This document shows, in pieces, positions 10,707 through 24,470 of a DNA stretch of 64,000 nt. The translations under genes and the position numbers were made by a program. Every line of letters starts with the position of its first letter. The first letter of the stretch is position 1. The stretch spans positions 32,240,001 through 32,304,000 of the forward strand of contig CM069137.1 of the NCBI GenBank assembly GCA_035221665.1. The letters are read 5' to 3'. The stretch comes from Okamejei kenojei. Its lineage: Eukaryota. Below the pieces are notes generated by a model. That model had not been told where the DNA came from and made no database searches. It was given only the letters and a program-made list of their open reading frames with translations.

Positions 10707-12400
10707 TTTTACTTCGGAGTCACGAGAGTGACTACATGAAGAAGCCCCGCCAGGCGCATGCGCGCCATTACGTCCGCGTATGTCGCACTGAACGGGCTGG
10801 AGGGCACAGCTCCACCATTTCTTGGTGCATCCGGTTACATGAGAAAGTCACCCTTTACATGACCATATTAATTATTGGTCTGCGGGTTCTGACCAGACAT
10901 TTCCAAAGACTTGGATTGTCGAACAGGGCCATGGTGGTTCACACTGCAAGCTGGCGAAATAGCACTCAAAAAACAATATATGGTTCACATAAAGAAATGG
11001 AAACTGTTTCTGTGTACAATCCTATATGTCTTATCATAATGCAAGCATATGTGATGTGTTGGAGTTCCTTGCTAAGTTGCATTTTGATGAGCACCTGCGT
11101 TATAATGACATTACCAGCACTCGGAGTGCGTTGTCCTCTTATTGCGAGCAGTCTTCAGAACAACATCCTATCGAGTCTCATCCGTTAGTATCCCGATTTA
11201 TGAGGAATTTTTAATAAAAACCCTCCGAAACCTCGCTATACAGAAATCTGGGACATCACTCCTGTTCTCACAATGCTTCGGCAATGGGCTCCAATTACTT
11301 AATTATTTACGCAGAGATTAACTCTTGCTGTGGTTATGCTAATAGTGCTGGTTTCAGCACAACGTGTACAAACAACACAATTCTTACGAATACCTTGTAT
11401 GCATTTGTTTGTCAATGACATTAACTTCTATGTTTATGATTTAATCAAACAAAGCAGGCCCGGTCTGGCTGGAATCAAGGTGACGTTTAAAGCCTATCTT
11501 GTTAACCAAATGTTATATGTAGTTACACCATATAACTTAAGCCAATATATTAGGTAACAAGGAGTCTCAGAGGTTCTGAGAGAGGACTGCTCATTAGTCA
11601 CAAAAAGACATATAAAAGAGTGTCAGCACAAACTATTTCTACATGGTTGAAACAGGTTCTCAATTATGCTGGAGTCGACATTCCTGTCTTTAACTCTCAC
11701 TCCACCAGGGCGGCATCAATCTCCGCGGCGAAGGCTCAGGACGTGCCGCTAGACCAAATCTTCGAGGCCGCAGGATGGTCTCGAGAAGCAACATTTTCTC
11801 AATTTTCTGACAAATCTGTACAGACCGTGCCACGGTGTGGGCATGCTGTTTTGGGTTCCATTTAATTCATTTGCTTTGTTTTCTATCATTGTTTGTAATT
11901 TTCCCTGAGACAGAGGGGTTATTCCTGTGTTTATTATTGTTAACAATAGTTATTGAATAATTCAAAGCAATGTTCAATATATTATTTATTCCCTACTGTG
12001 TCAACCGAAGCAGATTGTGGTATGGTGTGCATCTACGGCATGAAAATACAGATCTTTGAAATCTTCACGTAGTCACTCATGTGACTCCAAAGTAAAATAG
12101 TAAGATTAAACGAGAACTTACCAGTTCAAAGTTTGATCCTTATTTTATGAGGAGTGACGTTGAGGGATTACGTGCCCTCCGCTCCCACCCTCATAATCTA
12201 AGAGATCATCTGGTAGTTCTAGTCTTCTACGAGCCTTACTACGTTACTTCGGCTATTTGTTTTCTGTGTTTTCACGCCGCTGCTTTGAAGTATGACGCGC
12301 ATGCGCCAGGCGGGGCTTCTTCACGTAATCCCTCAATGTCACTCCTCATAAAATAAGGATCAAACTTCAAACTGGTAAGTTCTCGTTTAATCTTACTATT
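10707..12400 (+). mobile_element. Internally deleted DIRS1-type retrotransposon (left ITR, YR, ICR, right ITR)
   Basis: Left end TTTTACTTCGGAGTCAC..GCGCATGCGCG. ICR ~12063-12175 is complementary to both termini. Right end ...TTTAATCTTACTATT. No gag or RT. Confidence 0.9.
10910..11865 (+). pseudogene. Tyrosine recombinase (DIRS), degenerate
   Basis: DVLEFLAKLHFD..RSALS..HPLVSRFM, SAQRVQT, QTISTWLK..FNSHSTRAAS..AAGWS. The catalytic Tyr position reads F-S. Several frameshifts. Confidence 0.85.
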
Positions 12401-13189
12401 AATCAATCTCTTGTCACAGCATCTGGAGCTGCAATTATTATCACACTGCTGAGAGCAAAATGAAAAGTACCAATCACAGGGGGAGTCTGGTTTTAGAAAT
12501 TGCACAAGCAAAGTTTAATTATGTCCTGACTTCAACAACAATTCCACTAACTATTTTCTGAGCTCTCTGCTGTTTTAAAGGTGGAATTATTGCAATTCCG
12601 CGTCTTTATTTCAACATCAACTCAAGCTATGCTACAAGCCAAAATGAGGTGTCAAAAATATTAATCCCCCAACAATAGCAAGGAAATATCTAGATCTTTA
12701 CGTTTGTAAGTGCAAAAGTAGCCATGATAGTAATTTTGTCGAATGACGCTTGTGAAGCTGTACACACTTTACCATTGTTGTCCTGTGAAATGCAACACAA
12801 AACACATGTCCCAGAATTTCCTAGCCACAGCATGCTCACTAATCATCTACCCACTAAGCTCAAAGCTAACTTGTGCTTATTAACTGGCAAACAACTATTT
12901 GGAGAATGTGGCAACAAAGATTCCATGGACATAAATGGCAACATGTGATAAGGTAAGAGCTAAATCTTGTACATAGAAATGCTAATCCAGCTCATAAATT
13001 CTAGGCCATTCGGCCCATCAAGTCTACTACACCATTTTAACATGGCTGATCTATCTTCCCTTCTTAACCCCATTCTCCCACCTTCTCCCCATATCCCCAG
13101 ACAACTCACATTTAGCTGACATGCCAACTACCTTTGAATGCTGTTGAAACCATCATTAAAAAAAACATACAAAAATGTACTTCGTACTT

Positions 13190-13470
13190 AGAGATGCAGC
13201 ACCAAAGAAGGCCCTTTACTTTGGCCCACCGAGCCCACATCAACCATCAATCACCCATTCGCACTAGTTCTACGTTATCACAGTTTCACGTCCACTTGCC
13301 ACACACATGGGCCAATTTACAGCAGCCAATTAAGCTACAAATCTGCATGTTGTTGGGATGTGGGAGAAACCCACATGGTTACAGGGAGAACATGCAAACT
13401 CCACACGGGTCAGGACCGAACCCAGGTCTTTGCCGCTGTGAGGGAGCAATTCTTCCAGTTGTGCCACTGT
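13190..13470 (-). mobile_element. tRNA-derived V-SINE-like element
   Basis: Reverse complement of the SINE family at 9891 (GGGAGAACATGCAAACTCCACAC). Confidence 0.65.
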
Positions 13471-15219
13471 GATGAAGATTACTCGCATGTCTTTTAAAAC
13501 CCAATGCTTAAAGGTAAAAAATATTTTAAGAATATGTTTGTTTTTTTTTATCACAAATTAAGAAAAAGAAATCGATCATTTCATCTCTACAGGCATTTCT
13601 CAGCATTAAAGGCAAGTTGAGATCAAACTGAATACGCAAATTGGAGGAACAGCACCTCATAGCAACAACACAATGGTATGAACACTGAATTCTCCAAATT
13701 AGGCAACACTGTCCCCTGACTTTTCCCCGCATCTCTTTCATGTGCCCCACCCTGATGTGCATCCAACGTCCCCACTATCTACAGTACTACCCTTTCCCTT
13801 CTACTACAGCACTGTGATTATTTCTGTAAATCAGCATCTGCAAGTTCTGATCTGTCATAGGTCCGGAAGGCAGATTTCCCAGTACATTTGCTGGGATATT
13901 GTAGGAAGCTCATTCAGCATCAAGTCAGCTGACTGAGTTGATTACAGCTGGGAAATTGCGCTGTATTTCTGCTGAATTTTTCAGGAAAATTTCAATGCAC
14001 ACAGTGAAGTGATAATGTGAAAAATTGATAATGAAAGGTTATTGTTCCCACAAGCCTTTGATAGTAAATTCACTTAAGAAGCAAATCTCACCATTTATTA
14101 TATAAGCCTATTAAATTGAGAATGGGCTTTCACAGCAAAAGCTGATCCATCAAACGCTTTACCATCTTTTAATACGTGTTTATTAAACAACAATCCTCCA
14201 GCCAACACGGTTTCTATAGAATATCCATAGCATCTTTGCATTTTTTTGATTTAACAACCAATCCTTCTTCTCTCTTTTGAGTATATTAATAATTTTAGAT
14301 AGCTGCAGAACCAGATTTGAATACCTAAACAACCAATCCTTCACTAAATATGTTACTTTTGATATGAGAAATGCTTCTTTTTAAACAATAAATGTAAAAC
14401 ATCATTTATTGCAACAAAAGAGATTCCTATGGTTACATTGGCAAATTGGAAGGTAATTGAATGATATATCATGGAAGTCATTTATTTAAAAAGATTCAAT
14501 CAACAATGGACATTTTAAATTAGTGGTCATAATCAATACTAGTTTTTCTCCAGCAATTAACAGATATCCCATACATCAATAAAATTAAAGGTCACAACTA
14601 GCTGCCATTAGGAACCAACATTTAACTTTATTCAGAGTAAAACATTCACATATTTTGCATCAATGAATGAATATGCAATTTCTCAGTTCATTCTCATTTT
14701 TAATAATCCACTACAAGGCTGGTAGAACACTGGAGAAATTCATTTGGTTTCCACAACTATATTCACATACTGCCCCTCTGATGGCATGAGTGAAAAACTT
14801 CATGAATAAACATACTCCTATGTGTGTAGACATAGCTATTACTGGAGACAGATTAGCCTATTTCAATCTGTGGCAAAACTCGAGAGCATAAACAGATTGC
14901 CTGATTTACAGGCTGCCAAATGTGCACGTGAAGTCAAGATGAGACCATTGCAACAAGAAAAATATTATTATTTTAAAGCTTTACCCGATCTCCAGATGTA
15001 CTGTGTTTCTTTAAGTGCTTCAAGATTAGCTGGTGTTTGTAGAAAAAAGAAGATCCAAAGTATCATAGCTTTTCTTAATTGCTGCCATGTCCATTCCAGC
15101 AGGCCAAATTCATCTCTCAGGCTCATAGTCCAGATAATTTCAGTTTTAACGCTGCAGTTTCTGGGGAAGAAACAATTAAAAGATTAGCAACTGCTTCATG
15201 ACCACCAGTTCCCAATTAC

Positions 15220-16117
15220 TAGGTATGTTACAATACTTACCTTCAGCGCTGCAGTTCTGCCACTGCCCGTGTGCGCGACTTTGGCGCCTTTGAGAGTGTG
15301 CGCGACTTTGGCGCCTTTGAGAGGGGGCCAGGTTTAAAATGCGATTTTTCTTCAGACTATTCAAATCGAATTTGAACAGACTGTTTAGTTGCTGAAGAAA
15401 AATCGCTTCGACTGCCGTTTTATTAAGTTTATTAAAATTAGCGCAGGATAATTTAATAGCAGTAGTAAATTAAAAATCATCTTTTAATGCCGTCAACACC
15501 AACAACGGGACGGATCTCACGTAGGGGACAAGGCAAGGTATACTGTCTATTTTTTCATATAAACTTGCTTCTTAGGATGCCTTTAATCAAAATTTCATGT
15601 TGCGAAAAGGTGAAAAATTCATGACAATGAGATTTAAAAATAATGTTATGTTGTGAATTCTTGTGGAAATGTTATTTGGACACTTAGGCTTTTTAAAAAT
15701 GTTAACCTTTTCTTAAGAAATGGATTCATGTTTAGATCTAGTAATTGCATTTTGTAATTAGCTACAATTAGGTAACTAACTAATTATATGCTTTAATTTC
15801 AGGTCATCCAAGTAAGATTGTTTCATATTTGTTTCAGAATGCTTCAATCTATAATAATTGAAAATGTCATTCAGTTCTCTTAATTTTTAAGAAAGTCATG
15901 GGTTTTTGACTGTCCTTGATCACAGCTTTTGTGTTGTCAATGGAAAAGCAATAGGGAACAAGATGCTAATTTCTGAGTATGAAAATGGCCATAACTTTTT
16001 TAATACAGAAGATAGGAAAGTGAATTAGGTGTCAAATTAAACTTCTTTTTATGCTTTATCTGATGGGATAAATTGCAGACTTGATTTTTAACATCTCAAA
16101 ATTTTGTAACATTGCTA
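15220..16117. mobile_element. Non-autonomous DNA transposon (MITE) with 7-bp TSD
   Basis: Imperfect TIRs TAGGTATGTTACAA / TTGTAACATTGCTA. CAATTAC is duplicated at 15213-15219 and 16118-16124. Internal 27-bp tandem duplication at ~15269-15322. Confidence 0.75.
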
Positions 16118-16220
16118 CAATTACACTATATTTTAGAAGGCGATTATAACGTGGAACAGTACAATACAGCAGTAACAGGCCCTATGACCTACAATGTCCA
16201 TGCTGAACATGATGCAAGCT

Positions 16221-16355
16221 AGGTCTGAAGAAGGGTCTAGATTCAAAACATCACCTATTCCTTTTCTCCAGAGATGCTGCCTAACCCACTGATTTACTCC
16301 AGCATTTTGTGTCTATCTTTGGTTTCAACCAGCTACTGCAGTTCCTTCCTACACA
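16221..16355 (+). mobile_element. Penelope pseudo-LTR-derived short repeat (degenerate hammerhead motif)
   Basis: GTCTGAAGAAGGGTCTAGATTCAAAACATCACCTATTCC...GCAGTTCCTTCCTACACA. Confidence 0.65.
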
Positions 16356-16689
16356 TTTGGTAAACTAATCTCCTCTATCTGCACATAATCTATGTCCCTC
16401 AATTCCCTGCATATCCATTCTTTGAGAGAAGTATTCATCAGACAAATGCAGAAGACAACAAACTGGTCCAACAGAAATTATAGAGGAATGCAACTTTCAG
16501 TCATTTCTCAAAGTATTCTGGATTTCCAGAATCAACCCTGATACCAAGATGCAGGAGATATCAACCAAATGATTGAGCAGAGAGATTGTATGATGAGGAA
16601 CAATTGTATAAATATAGTATATTCTCACAGGGGGAAAAATTGTTTGTCATAATATTATTATTGTTGTTGTTGGAATTCTAATTGGACCA

Positions 16690-19290
16690 TATTATGTTGA
16701 CAATAATTGGTGAACTACCTTCAGCGATTGAATCAGCGATAATCAATCTATGGGTCAGACTCCTCGGATGCAACAATTGGTATTTAGATCAATTAAAAAT
16801 CTCTTACAAAAAGTAATAATTTTTACATTGAATATCTGAATAATTTGAGACCAGTATATAATAGCTGTTGCACACTTGGGAGAGTGCATCGGAATTTGAG
16901 GAGGTTATCCAATACTGTCCTGCATTAGGGATTTCCTCAAGTCACAGCTGCTGTGCTTGCATTAAACACATCAAAGAGACAGTGTTCTGATCTGAGAGCA
17001 ACTCCACCATAGGCCCAGACAGAGCTGGGCTGTGGAGGCTCCGAACGGGAGCAGGTGGCCGGACTCGAGAAGCTGACTGACGCGACATGTACAGCTACCA
17101 CCGGTGAGGCTGGTCAGACACGGCTTGAAACAGCTACTGCCTTGAGGCTCTGAAAGCGAGCAGGCGGCTGAATGCAGAGAAGCTGACGGGCGCGACCTGT
17201 ACAGCTACCTCTGTTGAAGCTCCGGAAAGGAGCAGTCGGGAGTCACTAGCTGGCCCCGCAGGTGCAGCCTGTTGAACCAGGCTTGCAGTACTGGCAGGCG
17301 TGACCTGTCCAGTGAGCCCCGCTGAGGCTCCGAAGGAGCAGCCTGTTGATCACAGTCAACTCCAGTAAGGCTCCAAGAAAGGCAGAAGGCCCGCAGGAGC
17401 AGCCTGTCGAGTCAGGCTCAGAGTAATGGCAGGCGTGGCCTGTTCAGTGAGCTCTGCTAAGGCTGCGAAGGAGCGGCCTGTCAAACCAGGTTGAGAGTAA
17501 CTGGTAGCGTGACCTGCACAGTAAGCTCCAGCAAGGCTCCAAAGAGGCTGTAGGCCGAAGGAGCAGTCTGTCCCATTGGGCTCAGAAATGCTGGCAGGCA
17601 TGTCTTGCACAGCAATGTCGCTTTTAAGCTGCGGAAGGGAGCTGTTTGGCAAGTGTGGGGCTGAAGATGTGGTCAGACATGGTCTGCAATGGAACTTCGC
17701 TGAAGCTCCAACAAGGAGGTCGACCTGGGCTCAGAGATGCTGACAGGTAAGGTCTCTTTACTAACCTCCATAAAAACTCCGAAATGGAGCATTCTGTTGA
17801 CCCGGGTTTGGATTTACTGGCAACATAGTCTGTCTGGTACCTTTCACTGTCTCTGGAGAAGAGCAGGCTGATGCAGAGACATTGGCATTGGCAACTATAC
17901 TAGCCGAGCTGAAAGAATTAAGCATGTGTTGAGGGAAACCTCAAACTACCTCACTCTACTTTAAACAGAAGGAGCAGAGGTTTGTGGTTTCTTTCAGTTT
18001 GGGTTTAAGAGAAACGATTATGTTATAGCACAATTGACACTGCTCTTGCTGCTTTTCCATTGCATCGAATTCTATAAGTGGGATAACAAATGATTGGTTA
18101 TTCACCCACTGTTGACTAAGGTTATGAAAGGTGTCTTTTATATGAACACTCTAAAGCCTTGATTCAAAGTAGTGTGGAATGTGTAATCAGTATAATTTAT
18201 TATGCAGATATTCATCTACTGTATTCCAAATGGTTGAGCAGTATCTTTTAAGTTAATTATGCTTCTGACAACTGATTATAGCACAAAGTGCACTGTCTTT
18301 ACTCAATCTCCGGCTGGATGTCTGGGTCATATCTGACATAAGGGTAGCTTTTTATGGGCATGAACTCATAAAGCAAACAGGCATGGTTGGGTAAATTGGA
18401 GTTGACAGCATACCCACCAGAGCGGAGATTGGTGGTGTTTATTATGTAAAAAGTATACTGAGCTTACTAGTACCTATGAAGCGAAGGATAGTTTCTTCAT
18501 AGTTATTTAATAGTTTCACAAGAGATTGTTGATGCAGACTATTTCAAGATGGATAGAGTGTAAGCAGCTAAAAGCGGGAGTGAATTCAAATAATTTCAAG
18601 TCTCACTCTACCGGGGGGGGGGGGGGGGGGGGCTCGCTCGTTAGCAGCCAAAAGAATGGATTTTCCCCTTTGATCTTCTTGCAACAGCAGGAGGCTCAGA
18701 AGCACACTTTCAGAACTTATACAATTTTGTTGAACATGTCTGGATGGATGTAGATAGAATTCTGAACAGTGGTGCATGAGCTATTGTCTAACCCAAAGGC
18801 AATTGGGACAGTGGTCTGATTAAGGGCAATGTACATGTATGTAAGTTAGCATCATGTTGTTAATAGCCCATGTCTTTTCTACCAGTTATGGTTTATCTGT
18901 TTAGTGTTTAACACACAGATTGGTTTACTGCATGAAACCACAGAGCTTCGAAGACTTCATGTAGTCTCATCACGAGACTTCGATATAAAATAGAAAGATT
19001 AAACAAAAACTTACCGTTTGAAGTTTGATCTTTAGTTTATGAGAAGTTGGAGAGAGACTCCGTGCCCTCCACTCCCAACCCTGAATCTCATAAAGATCAT
19101 TCGGTAACTCTAGCGTTATTAATTTTTCTATAGTTTAAGTTCGTGCAAGTGGTCTGTCGTTTCATACAGTTGCTTTGAAGATTGACGCGCATGCAGGCTG
19201 GCGGATTCTTGATGTAGTCTCTCACTCCAACTTCTCATAAAATAAAGATCAAACTTCAAACGGTAAGTTTTCATTTAATCTTTCTATTTT
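16690..19290 (+). mobile_element. Old DIRS1-type element (YR remnant, ICR, right ITR); left part not recognised
   Basis: YR remnants LCYSTIDTALAAF, HPLLTKVMKGVF..WNV (~18103-18183) and QTISRWI..FKSHST. ICR ~18955-19065 is complementary to the right end 19205-19290. Left boundary uncertain. Confidence 0.75.
17030..17870 (+). repeat. Degenerate GC-rich tandem array, ~65-80-bp unit
   Basis: Recurring unit approximately GCTCCGAAGGAGCAGCCTGTTGA..CTGGCAGGCGTGACCTGT..GCTGAG, about ten diverged copies. Confidence 0.7.
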
Positions 19291-20180
19291 ATTTAAATCC
19301 GTTTCAGTTGTTATATGGAACACAATTGTTTTGTTGCTCTTCAGATGCTAATGGATCCATTGACGTCCAAGATTCTGCCTATTTTATATTTCTAAATTCT
19401 TTAAGACACGCTCTTTTTATTTTTTTTGGTGAATTGTGTACAAGGGATTGAATGGTTCAATGAACCAAGAACATGGACTGTAAATTCTCTGAAGAGATTG
19501 GACAAGAATAAATACTTTTAAGCAAGAGGTTGAGTGTGACATTTTGCAGAAAGGTTAACTAATGTAAATGTAAGCAAACTATTTCACTTGAATTATAAAT
19601 TCAGATTCAGTAGATACACACATGCAAAATAAAAATGTTTCACTGAGAATTAGAAACGTTTGCAAATAGTGGAATAAATTGTGAGGAAAAGTAAATACTA
19701 TATTTATCAACTTCTTCGGGCAACAAAATAAGCAATAGATATCCAGGCTCGGAACAGAATTAATGTTAAAAGGATATGCCATGTACTGGCATGATCAAAG
19801 TCTTTAGAACAAAGATCATGAAAAAGGCAACTAAAAAAAAAAAACAGAATTGAAAAGCGAGTCACTATGTAATTACTTATTTTAGATCTATGCCCAACTA
19901 TCTATGAAGATAAGGAAAACAACAGAACCACTTTCTTTTGGGACTTACTATATAGCATAGGGCATGGTTTGGAGAAAGTGAAACTTCTACACTTGCTTGT
20001 GTTTGATTAGAGGGAAACAAAATGGCAAAATGCATTTTTACTCAATCCATTTTACAATATAAGATTGCACTGGATGAAAGAAAAAAATATTGCTCAACTG
20101 AATCTCAGGTGTAAAATGCAAGAAAGGCAAAAAAAAATGCAGTCATTTCCAAAACCAAAAGGTAATCAACAATTTACTTT

Positions 20181-20380
20181 TGGAGGCCAGTTTGTTGGCC
20201 ATATTTAAGAGGGAGATGGATGCGGCCCTTGTGGCTGAAGGGATCAGGGGGTATGGAGAGAAGGCAGGTACAGGATACTGAGTTGGATGATCAGCCATGA
20301 TCATATTGAATGGCGGTGCAGGCTCGAAGGGCCGAATGGCCTGCTCCTGCACCTAATTTCTATGTTTCTATATTTCTATG
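20181..20380 (+). mobile_element. CR1-type LINE 3' end
   Basis: GGCTCGAAGGGCCGAATGGCCT..CCTGCACCTA followed by a (TTTCTATG)n tail. Confidence 0.7.
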
Positions 20381-20699
20381 CAAACCGATCAACTTCTTTG
20401 CCTTTAGTTCTAGTTGCATGGAAAATGGGTATCACAAAATATCAACATGCTTTTCTATATCGTAATAATATTTTTATTAGAAGTAATCCATCATAACAAC
20501 GGTATAACAACTTTTCAAATACACAACCAACTTATTTCAATAAGTATACGAATGTCATGAATAATTCTTATAAACTTCTATTTCATATTAAAAAAATAGA
20601 TTATAGTATACATCTTAATAGTGAATAACACAATTACAAATAGCGATATCAATAGAGACATGTATACAAATCAAAAAAAAAGAGAGTTATTTTAATCTA

Positions 20700-21455
20700 A
20701 TCCTGCCGGGTACCCATTGAGTTGTGATGCCAAGAACAGCTACCCCTTCAAATATTCTGTATATGGAGACCATATCTGTTCAAAGAGTTTGTATTTGTCC
20801 ATTAGGACAAATCTGATTCTTTCCAAATGCAACGTCCCCAACATTTCCACTGTCCACATTTTAATTGTGGGGGATAATGTTCCCTTCCAAAATTTCAGTA
20901 TTAATTTTTTCCAGTTATCAAACAGTAATCCAAGAAATTTCTTTGGTTTACTGTTAATATTAAATTTGAATCTGGAACTCCTAATATTATTAATTTTGGA
21001 TCTGGGTCCAGTTTAATTTTAAGAACTTCAGAAATAACTCTAAAGATTTCTGTCCAATAATAATTGAGTTTTATACATGTTACAAAACTATGCGTTAAAT
21101 TAGCTTCCAAGTTCTGACATTTATCACAAATAGGAGAAATGTTAGGATAAATTCTATTTAATTTCGTTTTTGAATAATGTAATCTGTCTAGCATTTAATG
21201 AGCAACGATGTATACGTTGTAGGCTTTCTTCCCAAATATCTTTCATTATAGATAAATCTATTTCATTTTCCCATGTTTGTCGATATATTTCCGAAGTTGG
21301 GATTTCCCTATCCAAAATAGTATTGTATATATACGCTATTAATTTTTCTGTATTTGGGTGTTTATTAAACAATTCATCTAATAATCTTGGTTTTCTATTT
21401 TTATAGTCTTGCGTATTTGACTTAATATAGTTTCTAATTTGTAAATACCTAAATA
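20700..21455 (-). mobile_element. L1/Tx1-clade LINE ORF2 C-terminal fragment
   Basis: RLHYSKTKLNRIYPNISPICDKCQNLEANLTHSFVTC (CCHC) and WENEIDL..IWEESL. Confidence 0.8.
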
Positions 21456-22379
21456 TGTTACTTGACTGCTTTTCTTTCCCATAGTCAGAATGGAGGAAAC
21501 ATCAACATTTATTGTCTATTGATTATTAGACCATCAGATTAGACTTAGCTCAATGGCAACTACCGGAATCTGAAAGTTGCAAGTTCCAGTGGATTTCCTA
21601 GGATTAGAGCAAATAAATTAGGTTGACACTTCATTTCTCCTTGGGGAAATATAATGGATCCTATAACAAGCGCTGGTGGATTTGTGTCATGTCCTGGGAA
21701 ACATTTATATCTCAATCAGCACTGTAAACAGATGATCTGATCATTTATAAACGAGTGCATCCTGTTTGTAATTTGATGACCACTTTTTTTAAATATTTAC
21801 ATTTCCAAAAAAAGTTCATGTTGCTGTGGTGCATCCTACAAATATTATTGCTGCACTTGATATTTGATGGCCGAGAATATATATATATTGTGCCAGGTAT
21901 CAACATTATAACCGCTCCCAAATGGTGGCAGGATTTGGTGCAGCTGTAAAGACACATGACAAATAATCCAACAGTTAGGGAAGATTTGACAACTGGTCAA
22001 AGGTTCCAACTTTGGGTGTCAGTAGGGACATTAGCATTAGTAACAGATAAACTGCTGGAGGAATGCAATGAGTCAGGCTACATTTATGGAAGGAAACAGG
22101 CAGATTAAGGTTTTGGATCAGGAATGTTCTTCGGAATAATCATCAGTGATTTGGCAGAGAAGATTGTGATATTACCAAGCCTATTGTCACAATAGGGCCT
22201 GTACATCGGGCCATCCTTAGCAGTGACTATGGAGGATTTATGGCCCTGACCACGGGTGAACAAGGAGGAGGACAGGCTGAACTTTGTTGCCTTCCACCAC
22301 AGTGAAGAATGCTGTGGTGGATGTTTGTGTTAAATTTTATTGTGCATTGTGTGTTCTTTTTAAGTGTATCGCTACTGGC

Positions 22380-23820
22380 AAATTCATTTCACAGCACCTT
22401 CGGGTGCATATGAGGAATAAAATTGACTGACTTTGACTATAACTTAGGATTGAGAGTGGGGACAAGGGAGAGGGGGTGGATAGAATACAAGATGACTTAC
22501 AGGAGATTAAGCCAAACTGAGCAAAAGGGCAAGAACATGACACAATGTAGCACTCTCATGGCTCCTGGGACTTGGATTCAATCCTGACCACTGGAAATTA
22601 GAGGGAGTTAATGGCCACATGATATAAAATGGGTTACGGGGAAATTTAAAAAAGGAAATAAGATTCAACATTTCAAAGAATTGCCGAGGATTCATTAAAC
22701 CAAATGGCTATGTCATAAGAAAATATGTAATTTAATGTAGATAAATGTGAAGTTATTCTTTTTGGTGCACAAGCCAGAAAAAATGTATATTTTTTAATGG
22801 TGAGAGATTGGGTAATGTTGGTGTACAAAGGTGCCTTATACACAACATACAGGTGAGAACTAGCTAAGACGACAAATTATGATGGCAATAAATTATGAGA
22901 GGATTTCAGTACATACATGAAAGTGCATTACTGAAATTATATGGGGTCTTGCTGAGACTGCACCTGGAGTATGGTGTATAGCTTCATTGGTCCCCTTACT
23001 CAAGAAGGAATATACTGCCAAAGAGGTGGTGCAGTGAAAGTTCATTAGATTATTCCAGGGATTATGGGTTTGCTGTATGAGGGGGTTACACGGCAGGAGA
23101 ACGAGGTTGAAGGAATTGTAGATCATCCCTGATCGAATGATAGAGCAGACATGATGGGCCAAATGGCCTAATTCTGCGCCTATTTCTTATGAAAGATGCA
23201 CAAGTAAGTTAAATTACTTCCAATAAAACAAAATACCTGAGAAAGGAAGGAGGACAATGATGAAGATATTTTGGATAAATGCTCCAGAAGATTAGAACTG
23301 TTCTCCTTAAAAGTTTCGAAGAATAAGAGGAAATCTCAGTGAATAGATTGTTACAAGGCTTGACAAGCTAAAAGCAGAGTCGATGTTTTCCCTGACCGGG
23401 GAGACTGAACCATGGGAATCCAGTGTAAGTGACACCATTTAGGACTGAGATTCAGACACCTTTATTTGTGTGTATAAAATCATGAGAAGAATAGACAGGG
23501 TGAATGCACAGAATCTTGTACCCAGAGCAGGTAAATAAGCACAAGCAGACCTGGTTTATGGTAAAAGGGTAATGATTTAATAGATACCCTGAGGGACAAC
23601 GTTTTCCTACAGTGGGTGATGGATCTAAGGAATAAGCTGTCCAAAGAAGTAGTTGAGACAGGTACTATAACAACATTAAAAAGACATTTGGACAGACATT
23701 TGGGTAGGAAAGATTTAGATGGATGCGGGCCAAACACGGGCAGGTGGAACTAGCATAGATGGGTCATCTTGGTCGCCATGGGCAAGTTGGGTCGAAGGGC
23801 CTTTTTCAGTGCTGCACGAC
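22380..23820 (+). mobile_element. Cluster of degraded CR1 RT/3'-end fragments
   Basis: FNVDKCEV-like and HLEY-like remnants, with CR1 3' tails. Confidence 0.55.
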
Positions 23821-24139
23821 TCTTTGTATATGGTGGTGAATCTTTGGTATTCTCTATTTTGAAGAATCAATTATTTAGCTCACACAAAACATAGATCACC
23901 AGATTTCTGAATATTGAAGGAATCAAGTGACATGGGGTTGATGCAGGAAAATGTTGACCTTGGACAAATGATGGGGCAGCTTCAAAGAGCTACATGGCTT
24001 ACTCGTGTTCCTGTCCCTTTTGTTTGTATAAAAACTACTGAACTACATGAAGTATCTCCAATCTCTTCACTGTCCTTAGGTATTTTACTTGTAACAAATT
24101 AACTCATTCATCTTTCTTTTTTTTAGTCCATTATAAGTA

Positions 24140-24470
24140 TGGGTGGGACAGTGAAAATGCTGTTGGAGACACTGCCTCACAGATCCAGCAACCCAGGTTC
24201 ATTCCTGATCTCCTGTGCAATGCACAGAGGTTCAACGTTCTTCCCGCCTTCACATAGGTTTCCTCTGGACGCTCCAGTTTTCATCCCACATCCCAAGAAT
24301 GTATGCATTGGTATGTTAATTGGCCACTGTAAATTGTCCTTATGAATGGTAGAATCTGGGGTTGTGAGCAGAAGGGGCTGATGCTATGTTGAAAATAAAA
24401 AAGGTTGCCTGATGGTCAACATAAATTGGATGGGCTTAAAGTACTGTTTTCATGTTGCATTTCTCCATGA
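24140..24470 (+). mobile_element. Degraded V-SINE-like element
   Basis: tRNA-like head and GCTCCAGTTTTCATCCCACATCCCAA core. Confidence 0.55.

Noticed and set aside
17030-17870. CRISPR-like array
   Set aside because: The sequences between hairpins are themselves related repeats, there are no cas genes, and the context is eukaryotic.
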